Below are positions 50,909 to 60,237 of a stretch of 63,584 bases of DNA, piece after piece. A model generated the notes under the pieces. It was given only the letters and a program-made list of their open reading frames with translations. It searched no databases and had not been told where the DNA came from. This DNA comes from an uncultured Clostridia bacterium (GTDB taxonomy: Bacteria > Bacillota > Clostridia > Christensenellales > Borkfalkiaceae), in assembly GCA_944372075.1 (NCBI GenBank), contig CALVYJ010000131.1, positions 1 to 63,584 of the forward strand, read 5' to 3'. The position numbers and the translations under genes were made by a program. Positions within the stretch are counted from its first letter, which is position 1; the number at the start of each line of letters is the position of its first letter.

Positions 50909-52717
50909 CTATAGCTCTTCCTCAAAATACTTCTTAATTACATTTGCCAACGCTTCGCCAATCCCTTCAACCTTTGCCAATTCTTTGACGTCCGCATGCA
51001 TAATTCGATCAATCGTTCCGAACTTTTCTATCAAGGCCCTGCGTTTTACTTTGCCGACCCCCGGAATCTCCGTAAGAACGCTGGTAAGCGATCGTTTACT
51101 GTGAATATTGCGGAAAAACGTTATAGCAAAGCGATGTGCCTCATCTCGAATACGTTGCAACATCTGCAAACAGTAATCTCGATGATCCAGCCGCACCCCG
51201 TCTTTTTCTGTCAACGTAAAAATTTCTTCTTCGCGTTTTGCCAACGATATTAAATCAATATCATGAATATCGGAACGCTCAAAAATCTCTTGTATCGACG
51301 ACAATTGCCCCTTCCCGCCGTCAATAATAATCAAATCCGGTTTTGAAAAATGTATTTCCTCTGCCGTTCCCAATTTTGCCAGACGACGCGTTAAAACTTC
51401 TTGCAAACTTGCAAAATCATTCGCGCCTTCCACCGTCTTTATGCGAAATCTGCGATATTGCGAACGATCCGCTTCCCCGTCGATAAATACCACCATCGAC
51501 CCGACCTTATCGACTCCGCTGATATTGGAAATGTCATAACACTCCATACGACGCGGATAACGCGTCAGTTTCAAAACCGTTTGCAAACGCGCACACGCAT
51601 TGGTCGTCATATCTTCTTTATGACGTATCTTTTCAATCGCTTTGTCAAGATATTCTGTCGCATTTTTATACGCCATCTCCAACAACTGCTTCCGGATCCC
51701 TTGCTTCGGAATTAAAACGCTGACATTTTTCGCATATGCTTCCTGAAAAAATTTCTCCAGCAGAACATCCTCACAGAACTCTTGCAAAATCAACTCATCC
51801 GGTATTTCATGCGTGGCATAGTACTGTGCAACAAACGAAGAAACGGCTTCCGCGTCCGAAGTTGTACTATCCAAAGCGAATGTGCTGGCCCCTTGCATAA
51901 TTCCCTTTCGTATGATCAAAATATTGATCGCCGCATACAAACTATTACTGACATACGCCAATACGTCTGCATTTATATCACGATTTAAGGCTGTAATTCG
52001 CTTTAGCGATATTTTTGACAACATCTCCAATTTGTTTTTACAATCCAAGGCGAGCTCAAACTCTTCTTTTTCCGCAAAAGCGTTCATCCTCTCTCGCAAC
52101 AGTTTTTCGACATCGGGGTCATCCCCTTCTAAAAACCGTATTGCGGCTTTAACTCGTTCCGAATAGTCCTGTTCAGAGATCAAATGTGCGCACGGCGCCA
52201 TGCAGCGATGAATATGATAATTCAAGCATGGTTTTTTCGGTTTATCTGTTATAGTCGTAGAACATATCCGCACCCCGTATGCCGTGTTTAGAATCTCTAA
52301 AACATCTCTAACGCGTACCCCTCCCATAAACGGACCAAAATATTTACTGCCCTTTTTCAGCTTTCGAGTAAAAGAAAACGTCGGGTACTTTTCATTCAAA
52401 TTCACTTTGATATACGGATAGGTTTTATCATCTTTTAGAAGTATATTGTATTTAGGTTTGTACTTCTTAATTAAATTGTTTTCCAATGAGAGCGCATCAA
52501 TTTCAGATTTCGTTATAATATAGTAAAAATCTGAAATATTGGCCACCATGGCGGCAACTTTTTCAGTTTTCAACGTTGAATGAAAATATTGCCGAACACG
52601 GTTTTTTAATATTCTCGCCTTTCCGACATAGATGACATTACCATCCCGGTCAAGCATGATATAAACGCCGGGTTGATCCGGCAATAATTTTAACTTTTCT
52701 TGTATAACTTCATTCAT
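50909..52717 (-). CDS. uvrC: excinuclease ABC subunit C
   Basis: GIY-YIG PGVY...YVGKA..L.NR, CYDISN, IDGGKGQL, RDEAHRFA, HhH repeats. Confidence 0.97.
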   Translation of the reverse strand: MNEVIQEKLKLLPDQPGVYIMLDRDGNVIYVGKARILKNRVRQYFHSTLKTEKVAAMVANISDFYYIITKSEIDALSLENNLIKKYKPKYNILLKDDKTYPYIKVNLNEKYPTFSFTRKLKKGSKYFGPFMGGVRVRDVLEILNTAYGVRICSTTITDKPKKPCLNYHIHRCMAPCAHLISEQDYSERVKAAIRFLEGDDPDVEKLLRERMNAFAEKEEFELALDCKNKLEMLSKISLKRITALNRDINADVLAYVSNSLYAAINILIIRKGIMQGASTFALDSTTSDAEAVSSFVAQYYATHEIPDELILQEFCEDVLLEKFFQEAYAKNVSVLIPKQGIRKQLLEMAYKNATEYLDKAIEKIRHKEDMTTNACARLQTVLKLTRYPRRMECYDISNISGVDKVGSMVVFIDGEADRSQYRRFRIKTVEGANDFASLQEVLTRRLAKLGTAEEIHFSKPDLIIIDGGKGQLSSIQEIFERSDIHDIDLISLAKREEEIFTLTEKDGVRLDHRDYCLQMLQRIRDEAHRFAITFFRNIHSKRSLTSVLTEIPGVGKVKRRALIEKFGTIDRIMHADVKELAKVEGIGEALANVIKKYFEEEL

Positions 52718-52742
52718 GATAACGATACCGCTCTCTCATTTT

Positions 52743-52771
52743 ATTATACAATACCTTTTAAGAATTTGCAA
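52743..52771 (-). promoter_or_regulatory. sigA promoter of uvrC-HAD-hprK-galT-galE
   Basis: TTGCAA-N17-TATAAT. Confidence 0.7.
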
Positions 52772-52772
52772 T

Positions 52773-52803
52773 AAAAAAGAGCAACTTATTTGTTGCCCTT
52801 TTT
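52773..52803 (-). terminator. intrinsic terminator after arsR
   Basis: AAAAAGGGCAAC-loop-GTTGCTCTTTTTT. Confidence 0.8.
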
Positions 52804-52808
52804 GTCTC

Positions 52809-53159
52809 TCAATATCCTAAAAACTCTACGCCTTTTAACAATACGTCGTTGACCGTATCATTGCTTAAACTGTAAAAAATAACTTTCCCGACACGATTGC
52901 TTCTGACAATTCCTAAATTTTTCAAAAAACGAAGCTGGTGCGATACGGTCGTTTGATTGATGCCCAAAACGAACGACAAATCTGTAACACACAGCTCCGT
53001 GATCGCCAACGCCGATAATATGCGCAGGCGCGTTGAGTCTGAAAACACCGAAAAAAAACTCACTAAACCGTCTAAAATTTCGCCTTCCGGTACATAGTCC
53101 TCAATCAATGTTTGCGTTCTCCCATCCAAAAGCAATGTCTGTGTTGCCATATTGTTCAC
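52809..53159 (-). CDS. ArsR/SmtB-family transcriptional regulator
   Basis: D.TRLRIL, ELCV.DL, VSHQLR.L, R.GK.IFYSL. Confidence 0.92.
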   Translation of the reverse strand: MNNMATQTLLLDGRTQTLIEDYVPEGEILDGLVSFFSVFSDSTRLRILSALAITELCVTDLSFVLGINQTTVSHQLRFLKNLGIVRSNRVGKVIFYSLSNDTVNDVLLKGVEFLGY

Positions 53160-53179
53160 CTTCTCTATTTTATAGTTTC

Positions 53180-53208
53180 ATTATACCGGTTACAATAAAA
53201 TATGTCAA
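53180..53208 (-). promoter_or_regulatory. consensus sigA promoter of arsR
   Basis: TTGACA-N17-TATAAT. Confidence 0.85.
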
Positions 53209-53335
53209 TATGCACACATTTCCAATTCTGTCGAATTAACACTCCTTTTGTATGATTTTGTAAAACTGTCAAATCTTACGATTCCACGCAAATTTTTATG
53301 ATAAACTTCAGCCTGTAATTCCTTACAAAAACAAC

Positions 53336-55819
53336 TCATTTAATTTTTTTTACGGTATAACCAGCCTCTTCTACCGCATGAATCAAAACATCATCCGCGA
53401 CTTCCGTTTCAACCGTCGCACACTTCTTTTTCAAATCTACCGTTGCCGATACCCCATCAATCGCATTGAGCGCTTTTTCTACGCGCGCACTGCAATGACT
53501 GCAGCTCATACCTTCAATCATCATTATTTTTTTCGCCATACTATTTTTTTGCTCCTTTTTATTTTTATCCATGCGCTTCGATCGAAAACGCATCAGACGC
53601 AAAGCATTTGAAACGACAAAAACAGAACTTAAACTCATTGCCGCAGCGCCAAACATCGGGTTCAATACCACGCCAATCGGAAACAAAACCCCGGCAGCAA
53701 TCGGAATACAAAGCACGTTGTACAAAAATGCCCAAAATAAATTCTCATGAATATTGCGCACCGTCGCACCACTCAACCCGATCGCATCATTTAACGCACG
53801 CAAATCGCCTTGTACCAATACGATATCGGCAGAATCAATCGCAATATCCGTACCGTTTCCCATTGCGACGCCGATATCAGCCTCCTTTAATGCCGGCGAA
53901 TCGTTTATTCCGTCCCCCACCATCGCCGTTATACCGTCATTTTTACAAGCTATAACAGCCTGCAACTTATCTTCCGGCATGACGTCCGAAAATACTTGTG
54001 TAATTCCGACCTCGTTCGCAATAGCTTGCGCAGCGCCCTTACTGTCCCCGGTAATCATGATGGTCTCTATGCCCTTTCTTTTTAAGTCCGCTACAGCCTC
54101 TTTACTGCCTTCTTTTAATGTATCCGCAACAGCGATCATGCCGATCAATTTATCTTCGACACATACGAATAAAACAGTATTTCCCGCGCTCTCCCACTCT
54201 GTATCTAAACCCTCACACACCTTGTCGGATACTCCGTTGGCTTCCAACAAGCGCTTATTGCCGATTAAAACCAAACGGCCATCCCATTCTGCTTCCGCAC
54301 CCATGCCGCTCTTATATTGGAATTTTGATACAACTATTGCCGAAACACCTTCAACTTTCGCTTGCTCTACGATACATTCAGCCAACGGATGATTCGAGTT
54401 GATCTCCATACCCGCAGCGATACTCATCACAAGTTCTTGAGAATACCCGTAAAATGTTGCGACCTTTTGTACGCGCGGTTTTCCTTCCGTAATGGTCGCC
54501 GTTTTATCGAGAAGAACTGTGCGTATGTCTTTTGATTTCTGCAGCGCTTCCGCATCTTTATAGAGTATTCCCAAAGATGCGCCTCGGCCGGTGGCCGCCA
54601 TTACCGCAACCGGCGTAGCCAACCCTAAAGCACACGGACACGAAATCACCAAAACACTGATCGCCATACTGAGCACTTCAAAGAAATACACGTCAGCCGT
54701 TTTTGTCGCCCAAATGATCAGCCAAACAATAAAATCAATTGCGGCAAGAAGCAATACGCTCGGAACAAATATCGCGGCAACCTTATCAACCGTCCGCTCA
54801 ATCGGCGCCTTGGACGTTCCGGCTGATTGCACGAGCTGAATTATCTTCGACAAAACCGTGTTTTCTCCCACTTTCTCCGCACGTACGCGAAGAACGTTTC
54901 CCTTATTGATCGATGCACTTGTAACAAAATCCCCAACGCCGACCTCAACCGGTAAACTTTCTCCGCTGATTGCCGAACGATCGACAAATGAATTCCCCTG
55001 TACGATCTTTCCGTCTGCAGGTATGCTGTCTCCCTGCTTCACCACGACGATCTCACCTACTTGTAATTCTTTCAACGGTTTTACCGTCTGCACCCCGTCG
55101 CACTCAACGGTAACAGATTCCGGAGATAATCGATACAATTTTTCTATTTCTTCGCCTGTTTTCTTTTTCGAACGAGATTCCAACCACTTTCCCAGCGTTA
55201 CAAGCGTTAAAACCATAGCCGCCGATTCAAAAAATAAATAGCGCATAGCAAACGCCATGGCATCATCTTTTGTAGGCAATAAAAACATGACGACCAAACT
55301 GTATAGATACGCTACAGCGCTCCCCAAACTAACCAGGCTATCCATATTCGGGACCCGCTTCACAAGAGCCTTAACTCCGCTGATAAAAAATGCCCGGTTA
55401 ATAAATAAAACAGGCGTCGTTAAAATACATTCAACCAGCGCAAAATTTGATGCTATTTTCAATATGCCCGGCAAAGGTGCGCCCAACATGTGCCCCATCG
55501 TGAAATATAATAACGGAATCAAAAAACATATCGATGCTATAAATCGGTTGCGCAATGCCTTGCTCGCATCGCTTTTCTCTTCAACACCTTCTCTTGTTTC
55601 CGACTTATCCTCCCAAAGCGTTGCCCCATAGCCGAGAGTCTTTACCATTTCTATGATCTCTTGCGCCCCGATCTTCGCTTCATCGTATTCCGCAGTCATC
55701 CGCTCCCCCATTAAGCTGACTTCCGCCTTATTAACTCCGTCCATCCGCGAAATCGTCTTTTGAATACCCGCCGAACACGCTGCGCACGTCATTCCCGTTA
55801 TTTTGAAAACTTGTTTCAT
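53336..55819 (-). CDS. copA: copper-translocating P1B-type ATPase
   Basis: N-terminal GMTCAAC, CPCALGLATP, HP, GDGINDSP, YN and M..SS Cu+ ligands, C-terminal GMSCSHC domain. Confidence 0.93.
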   Translation of the reverse strand: MKQVFKITGMTCAACSAGIQKTISRMDGVNKAEVSLMGERMTAEYDEAKIGAQEIIEMVKTLGYGATLWEDKSETREGVEEKSDASKALRNRFIASICFLIPLLYFTMGHMLGAPLPGILKIASNFALVECILTTPVLFINRAFFISGVKALVKRVPNMDSLVSLGSAVAYLYSLVVMFLLPTKDDAMAFAMRYLFFESAAMVLTLVTLGKWLESRSKKKTGEEIEKLYRLSPESVTVECDGVQTVKPLKELQVGEIVVVKQGDSIPADGKIVQGNSFVDRSAISGESLPVEVGVGDFVTSASINKGNVLRVRAEKVGENTVLSKIIQLVQSAGTSKAPIERTVDKVAAIFVPSVLLLAAIDFIVWLIIWATKTADVYFFEVLSMAISVLVISCPCALGLATPVAVMAATGRGASLGILYKDAEALQKSKDIRTVLLDKTATITEGKPRVQKVATFYGYSQELVMSIAAGMEINSNHPLAECIVEQAKVEGVSAIVVSKFQYKSGMGAEAEWDGRLVLIGNKRLLEANGVSDKVCEGLDTEWESAGNTVLFVCVEDKLIGMIAVADTLKEGSKEAVADLKRKGIETIMITGDSKGAAQAIANEVGITQVFSDVMPEDKLQAVIACKNDGITAMVGDGINDSPALKEADIGVAMGNGTDIAIDSADIVLVQGDLRALNDAIGLSGATVRNIHENLFWAFLYNVLCIPIAAGVLFPIGVVLNPMFGAAAMSLSSVFVVSNALRLMRFRSKRMDKNKKEQKNSMAKKIMMIEGMSCSHCSARVEKALNAIDGVSATVDLKKKCATVETEVADDVLIHAVEEAGYTVKKIK

Positions 55820-55831
55820 TTCATCTCCATA

Positions 55832-55885
55832 AATTGCAACTATATTGGTTGCAATTATTATAAACGATTTTAGCATCAATGTCAA
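55832..55885 (-). promoter_or_regulatory. consensus sigA promoter of copA with a downstream operator-like inverted repeat
   Basis: TTGACA-N17-TATAAT (55885-55857); AATTGCAAC-N7-GTTGCAATT at 55832-55856. Confidence 0.8.
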
Positions 55886-55965
55886 ATCTTTCGTAAAACT
55901 ATTTTACTGAACATCTTAAAAACAATACAACCCTATCATTATAAGCTGATCTTTTTTTGTACAAT

Positions 55966-55996
55966 AAAAAGGACAGGCGTAAAACCTGTCCTTTTT
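55966..55996 (-). terminator. intrinsic terminator after rubrerythrin
   Basis: AAAAAGGACAGG / CCTGTCCTTTTT. Confidence 0.88.
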
Positions 55997-56020
55997 TCGT
56001 TTAGTAGCATTGATTGACTT

Positions 56021-56557
56021 TTATTTATTGAAATATCTCTTCAAAAGTCCGTTGAATCCGGCGCCGTGACGAGCCTCATCCTTCGCCATTTCATGAACCG
56101 TGTCATGAATTGCGTCATAACCCAACTCTTTTGCGCGTTTTGCAATTGCCAGCTTACCGGCACACGCGCCCGTTTCGGCAGCCACACGCAGCTCCAAGTT
56201 CTTTTTCGTTGAATCCGTTATGCATTCGCCCAACAATTCGGCAAATTTCGATGCGTGTTCGGCCTCTTCAAAAGCATAGCGCTTATAAGCTTCCGCAACC
56301 TCAGGATATCCTTCACGCTCCGCTACGCGCGCCATTGCCAAATACATTCCCACTTCCGTGCATTCCCCTTCAAAATTCGCGCGAAGGCCCGCTACAACTT
56401 CTTCGTCCAAACCTTTTGCCACGCCAACTTCGTGTACACAGGCAAATTTAATTTCTGCGGCATCATCAATCGGAACAAATTTCGTCGCCTTACATACCGG
56501 ACAAACCTCAACAGAATCTTCTACTACTTCTCCGCAAATAGCACATCTTTTCATCAC
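56021..56557 (-). CDS. rbr: reverse rubrerythrin (NADH peroxidase)
   Basis: N-terminal CxxC...CPVC rubredoxin knuckles, then the diiron domain [21 protein letters not shown]. Confidence 0.93.
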   Translation of the reverse strand: MMKRCAICGEVVEDSVEVCPVCKATKFVPIDDAAEIKFACVHEVGVAKGLDEEVVAGLRANFEGECTEVGMYLAMARVAEREGYPEVAEAYKRYAFEEAEHASKFAELLGECITDSTKKNLELRVAAETGACAGKLAIAKRAKELGYDAIHDTVHEMAKDEARHGAGFNGLLKRYFNK

Positions 56558-56667
56558 TTTTACCTCTATATTTTATTTGGAAGCATCCCTTCCATCTTTC
56601 ATCTGTATTTTACCATGCAAAACAATTATTTACTGTTGCATATGCAACAATCGGATGGATTTATAGG

Positions 56668-58020
56668 TTATTCCTGTTTTTGACCAGCGCCGCTGACAAA
56701 AAATTGATGATAAATTGCGCGCACACATTTTTCGTAATCTTCATTGTCAATGCCGACAATAATGTTCATTTCGCTTGAACCCTGATCGATCATACGCACA
56801 TTGATACCGGCTTCCGATAAAGCGCCGAACAACCGTGCAGACGTACCGATACTGGAAGCCATACCGTGTCCGACCGTTGCAACAAGCGCTATATTTTCTA
56901 AAACACGAATATAGTCGGGAGAAACGCTTGCCCGAATTTCCTCCAATAGTTGATCCAAAACGCCGTCAGACAAATAGCGACTCTCTATGACCAATGACAA
57001 TGTATCAATTCCGGAAGGCATATGTTCAAAACAAATCCGATGATTTTCTAATACGCTCAATACTTTTCGTGCAAAGCCGATTTCCGCGTTCATCATGGAT
57101 TTTTCCAAAAATATAACCGTAAAATCTTTCTTTCCCGCTATGCCTGTTACGATATTTCCTTGAGCGACATATTTTTTAGAAGGCAAAATCAGCGTTCCAG
57201 CATCCATAGGCCGAAACGTATTTTTAATTTTAATCGGAATATCCCCTTTTCTTACAGGGAAAATAGAATCAGCATGAAGCACGTTGGCTCCCATGTAGGA
57301 AAGCTCACGCAGCTCTTTGAACGAGATCACTTCGATCTTTTGCGGATTGTTCACGATGCGAGGATCGCACGCAAGAAATCCGCTGACGTCCGTCCAATTC
57401 TCATATACTTCCGCATTCATGGCGCGCGCAACAATCGAACCGCTTATATCCGAACCGCCGCGCGAAAATGTTTTAATATTCCCCTGTGCGTCTGTTCCAT
57501 AAAAACCGGGAATGACCGCATCTCCGCTGTCTTGTAAAGCCTGCTCTATGGCCGCATACGAGCGTTTTTCATCAAACGCACCTTTTTCGTCAAAAAATAT
57601 AATATCTTTCGCATCGATAAACGCGCGCCCCAGCTTTGCCGCAATGATCCGCGCATTCAAATATTCGCCGCGCGAAGCTGTAAAATCCGCGCTTTTACGC
57701 TCGTCGATTTCTTGTTCCGTTGCATCTAAAATGGATTTAATGTCGAATGAATCCATCCCCAACTCTTCTACAATCGACGTAAACCGTTTGCGAATTTTAG
57801 CAAAGGTCTGCGAACAATCACCACCCTCCTGCGCTTCGCGATAGCAAGCATACAACAAGTCGGTAACCTTTATATCCCCGGAATATCGTTTTCCGGGTGC
57901 GGATACTACTACATATTTACGAGCCGGATTTGCATTTAATATTTCGCAAACCCGCATAATATTGGTTCCGTCCGCCAATGACGATCCGCCAAATTTACAA
58001 ACAACAGGTTTCATTTTCAT
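56668..58020 (-). CDS. lysC: aspartate kinase
   Basis: KFGGSSLA, VVSAPG, SRGE, TFSRGGSD, WTDV, two ACT domains. Confidence 0.93.
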   Translation of the reverse strand: MKMKPVVCKFGGSSLADGTNIMRVCEILNANPARKYVVVSAPGKRYSGDIKVTDLLYACYREAQEGGDCSQTFAKIRKRFTSIVEELGMDSFDIKSILDATEQEIDERKSADFTASRGEYLNARIIAAKLGRAFIDAKDIIFFDEKGAFDEKRSYAAIEQALQDSGDAVIPGFYGTDAQGNIKTFSRGGSDISGSIVARAMNAEVYENWTDVSGFLACDPRIVNNPQKIEVISFKELRELSYMGANVLHADSIFPVRKGDIPIKIKNTFRPMDAGTLILPSKKYVAQGNIVTGIAGKKDFTVIFLEKSMMNAEIGFARKVLSVLENHRICFEHMPSGIDTLSLVIESRYLSDGVLDQLLEEIRASVSPDYIRVLENIALVATVGHGMASSIGTSARLFGALSEAGINVRMIDQGSSEMNIIVGIDNEDYEKCVRAIYHQFFVSGAGQKQE

Positions 58021-59207
58021 CGAATCTCCTTGCCTTCGATATAATATCTCTTTTCTTCGCTTTCCCCCATCGAAAAAGTCTTGCGAGGCAAACTGCCATA
58101 CTTCAAAACTTGTGCAAATAATTGAGCTTTATCCATTTTCGGCAATGCTATTCCGACATAATCCGCATTTTCAAGCGTCAGATCGAGCAACGCAGCTTCG
58201 CCGTGTATGTAATCGACACTCCCGCCGTACGCAACAAGATATTCCGCAATGTATTCATCCGTTTGCCGAACCGCTTTCGCCACATCTTTCGGCAAAGCGA
58301 TCGGTTTTGCTTTGCCCCCATAATATATGGCGCCAATCCCGTCGCCGTCATTGGAGAATCTTTGCAAAAAATTCTTACCGTCGATTCCTTTTATAATGCG
58401 ATGAATCCCCTCAAACCGTATCCCCGGATCATAAATATTCACCGCTTCAACCAGAGCATATCGCGCAGGATGCGTTGCCTGCTCATCCTTTGACAATGTC
58501 TTCTTTATCTGCTCCCACGATGCCTTCGCCGTTGCCAATGAATGATTCCCGTCCCCGACCATAAACAATACGCCGTCCTTTTTTAAGCGCTCGAATCGCT
58601 CAATTATCGGTCGATAATCGGAAACAAAATAGCCGGTTACATGCCCGCCCCCCATATTCAAATCAAAATCATATACCCGGTTTAGATCTTCGATCTTAAT
58701 CTTCCCCAATACATCATTTTGTGGATCATCGTACAACAACATTATATGCGGAAACTCGATTTCTGCCTGCTCGCGTATTTTCAGCCGAGGCGGAATCCTC
58801 TGCAAAATTGTCTCTTCCGTCGCTCGAACCGCGCATCTTGCTCCTTGTTCATACGAATATTCTTCCAGATCAATCGACAGTACGAGCCCTTTGCGCATAG
58901 GAGAATACGGCGTCCTTCGCTCCACCAATATAAACCCTCGCGGTAATTTTCGAAATATCCCCTCACGTTTATAGTCACGCATGGTTTGCGAAATTTTTTT
59001 GATCCTATCTTCGCATCCCGGTTGATCCAAATAAATTTCCGGCAATGTAAGCCGAAGCGTCGAAGGCTTATTGCCAACGACACCCTCCAGCTTGTCCCAA
59101 TACTTCGCGTCCGACGTGTGCTGATCGCAAGCAATCACCGCCCAAGCCGACATGTCAACCGAAACATCCGGTAAAATAATTTCGGGAGCAACTATGCAAC
59201 TGCTCAT
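58017..59207 (-). CDS. DUF1015-family protein
   Basis: WAVIACDQ.TS, RATE.T...R.PPR, GDGNHSLA, LPRKTFSMG. Confidence 0.75.
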   Translation of the reverse strand: MSSCIVAPEIILPDVSVDMSAWAVIACDQHTSDAKYWDKLEGVVGNKPSTLRLTLPEIYLDQPGCEDRIKKISQTMRDYKREGIFRKLPRGFILVERRTPYSPMRKGLVLSIDLEEYSYEQGARCAVRATEETILQRIPPRLKIREQAEIEFPHIMLLYDDPQNDVLGKIKIEDLNRVYDFDLNMGGGHVTGYFVSDYRPIIERFERLKKDGVLFMVGDGNHSLATAKASWEQIKKTLSKDEQATHPARYALVEAVNIYDPGIRFEGIHRIIKGIDGKNFLQRFSNDGDGIGAIYYGGKAKPIALPKDVAKAVRQTDEYIAEYLVAYGGSVDYIHGEAALLDLTLENADYVGIALPKMDKAQLFAQVLKYGSLPRKTFSMGESEEKRYYIEGKEIR

Positions 59208-59229
59208 CTTGTATCTCCTTGCCCTTCCT

Positions 59230-59349
59230 TTAACCGCCGTAATTGATTACTATAAACACAAATAAAGCGAGAGCAATCGCTAACAATTTAATGGGTACGT
59301 TATCAATAAAAATTCCGGCAACTTTTCGCCAAAAGCTCTTTTCTCTCAT
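59230..59349 (-). CDS. 39-aa CdaR/YbbR-like membrane microprotein (TM anchor only)
   Basis: Manual translation MREKSFWRKVAGIFIDNVPIKLLAIALALFVFIVINYGG*; ATGA overlap with the cdaA stop; N...K + hydrophobic helix resembles the CdaR N-terminus. Confidence 0.7.
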   Translation of the reverse strand: MREKSFWRKVAGIFIDNVPIKLLAIALALFVFIVINYGG

Positions 59350-60170
59350 ATGTGTTTTCTCCCTTCCCCGGATAAATCTTTCCAATAATATTCGGTGAGC
59401 GTCTTTTTTAACAAATCATAATCCGCATAACGGGAAATCTTCCCCTTTTGCGCTATGGTAATGATACCTGTTTCCTCTGAAACAATCAACGCTATCACGT
59501 TGGACGTTTCCGTGATGCCGATGCCAGCACGGTGCCGCGTCCCTAATTCTTTCGGTATATTTACGTTTTGCGTCAACGGCAAAAAGCATCCTGCGGCTTG
59601 AATTTTGTAATTGTTTATGATCATCGCGCCGTCATGCAATGGCGCTTTAACAAAAAAGATTCCTTCGATCAATTGCGAAGATATGTTTGCATCCAAAATT
59701 ACGCCGCTCTCCAATACTTGAGCCGGTATGTTATCGTTGGATAAAATTATTAAGGCGCCGATATTATCTTTCGACAAATTCTGCAATGCTCGAATAATTT
59801 CAGAAATATATCGCTCCACCTCGTCTTTCGTCGCATAAACAGGATGCTCTCGCTTTTCAGATAATCGGTTGAGTGTGTTCAAATTCAAAATATCACGTTT
59901 CACTTCCACGTTAAAAATAACAAGAATCAACCCCGCAAGCACCAACGGGATCACCATAAACACATCGCCTTTCAAATTCACGTCGGATGCAAAAATAATT
60001 CCCGTAACAATAATAAATAAAGCAAATACGACAATAACGCTACGAACATTATTCATTTTCAAAACGCGAAAAACGTAATAAAACACCGCAGCAAACAATA
60101 TGATCAACAGAACATCTACCGTGCGAAAACTCGCAAATGCTTTTTCAACGTTATCGATTATTTCCTGCAT
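59346..60170 (-). CDS. cdaA: diadenylate cyclase CdaA/DacA
   Basis: 3 N-terminal TM, GALI, PLHDGA, LGTRHRA, VSEETG. Confidence 0.95.
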   Translation of the reverse strand: MQEIIDNVEKAFASFRTVDVLLIILFAAVFYYVFRVLKMNNVRSVIVVFALFIIVTGIIFASDVNLKGDVFMVIPLVLAGLILVIFNVEVKRDILNLNTLNRLSEKREHPVYATKDEVERYISEIIRALQNLSKDNIGALIILSNDNIPAQVLESGVILDANISSQLIEGIFFVKAPLHDGAMIINNYKIQAAGCFLPLTQNVNIPKELGTRHRAGIGITETSNVIALIVSEETGIITIAQKGKISRYADYDLLKKTLTEYYWKDLSGEGRKHI

Positions 60171-60237
60171 AAAAATCTCCGATTCTCTTTCGTACTTTTT
60201 TATTTTACACGAATTTCAAAAAAAAATAAAGTAAAAT

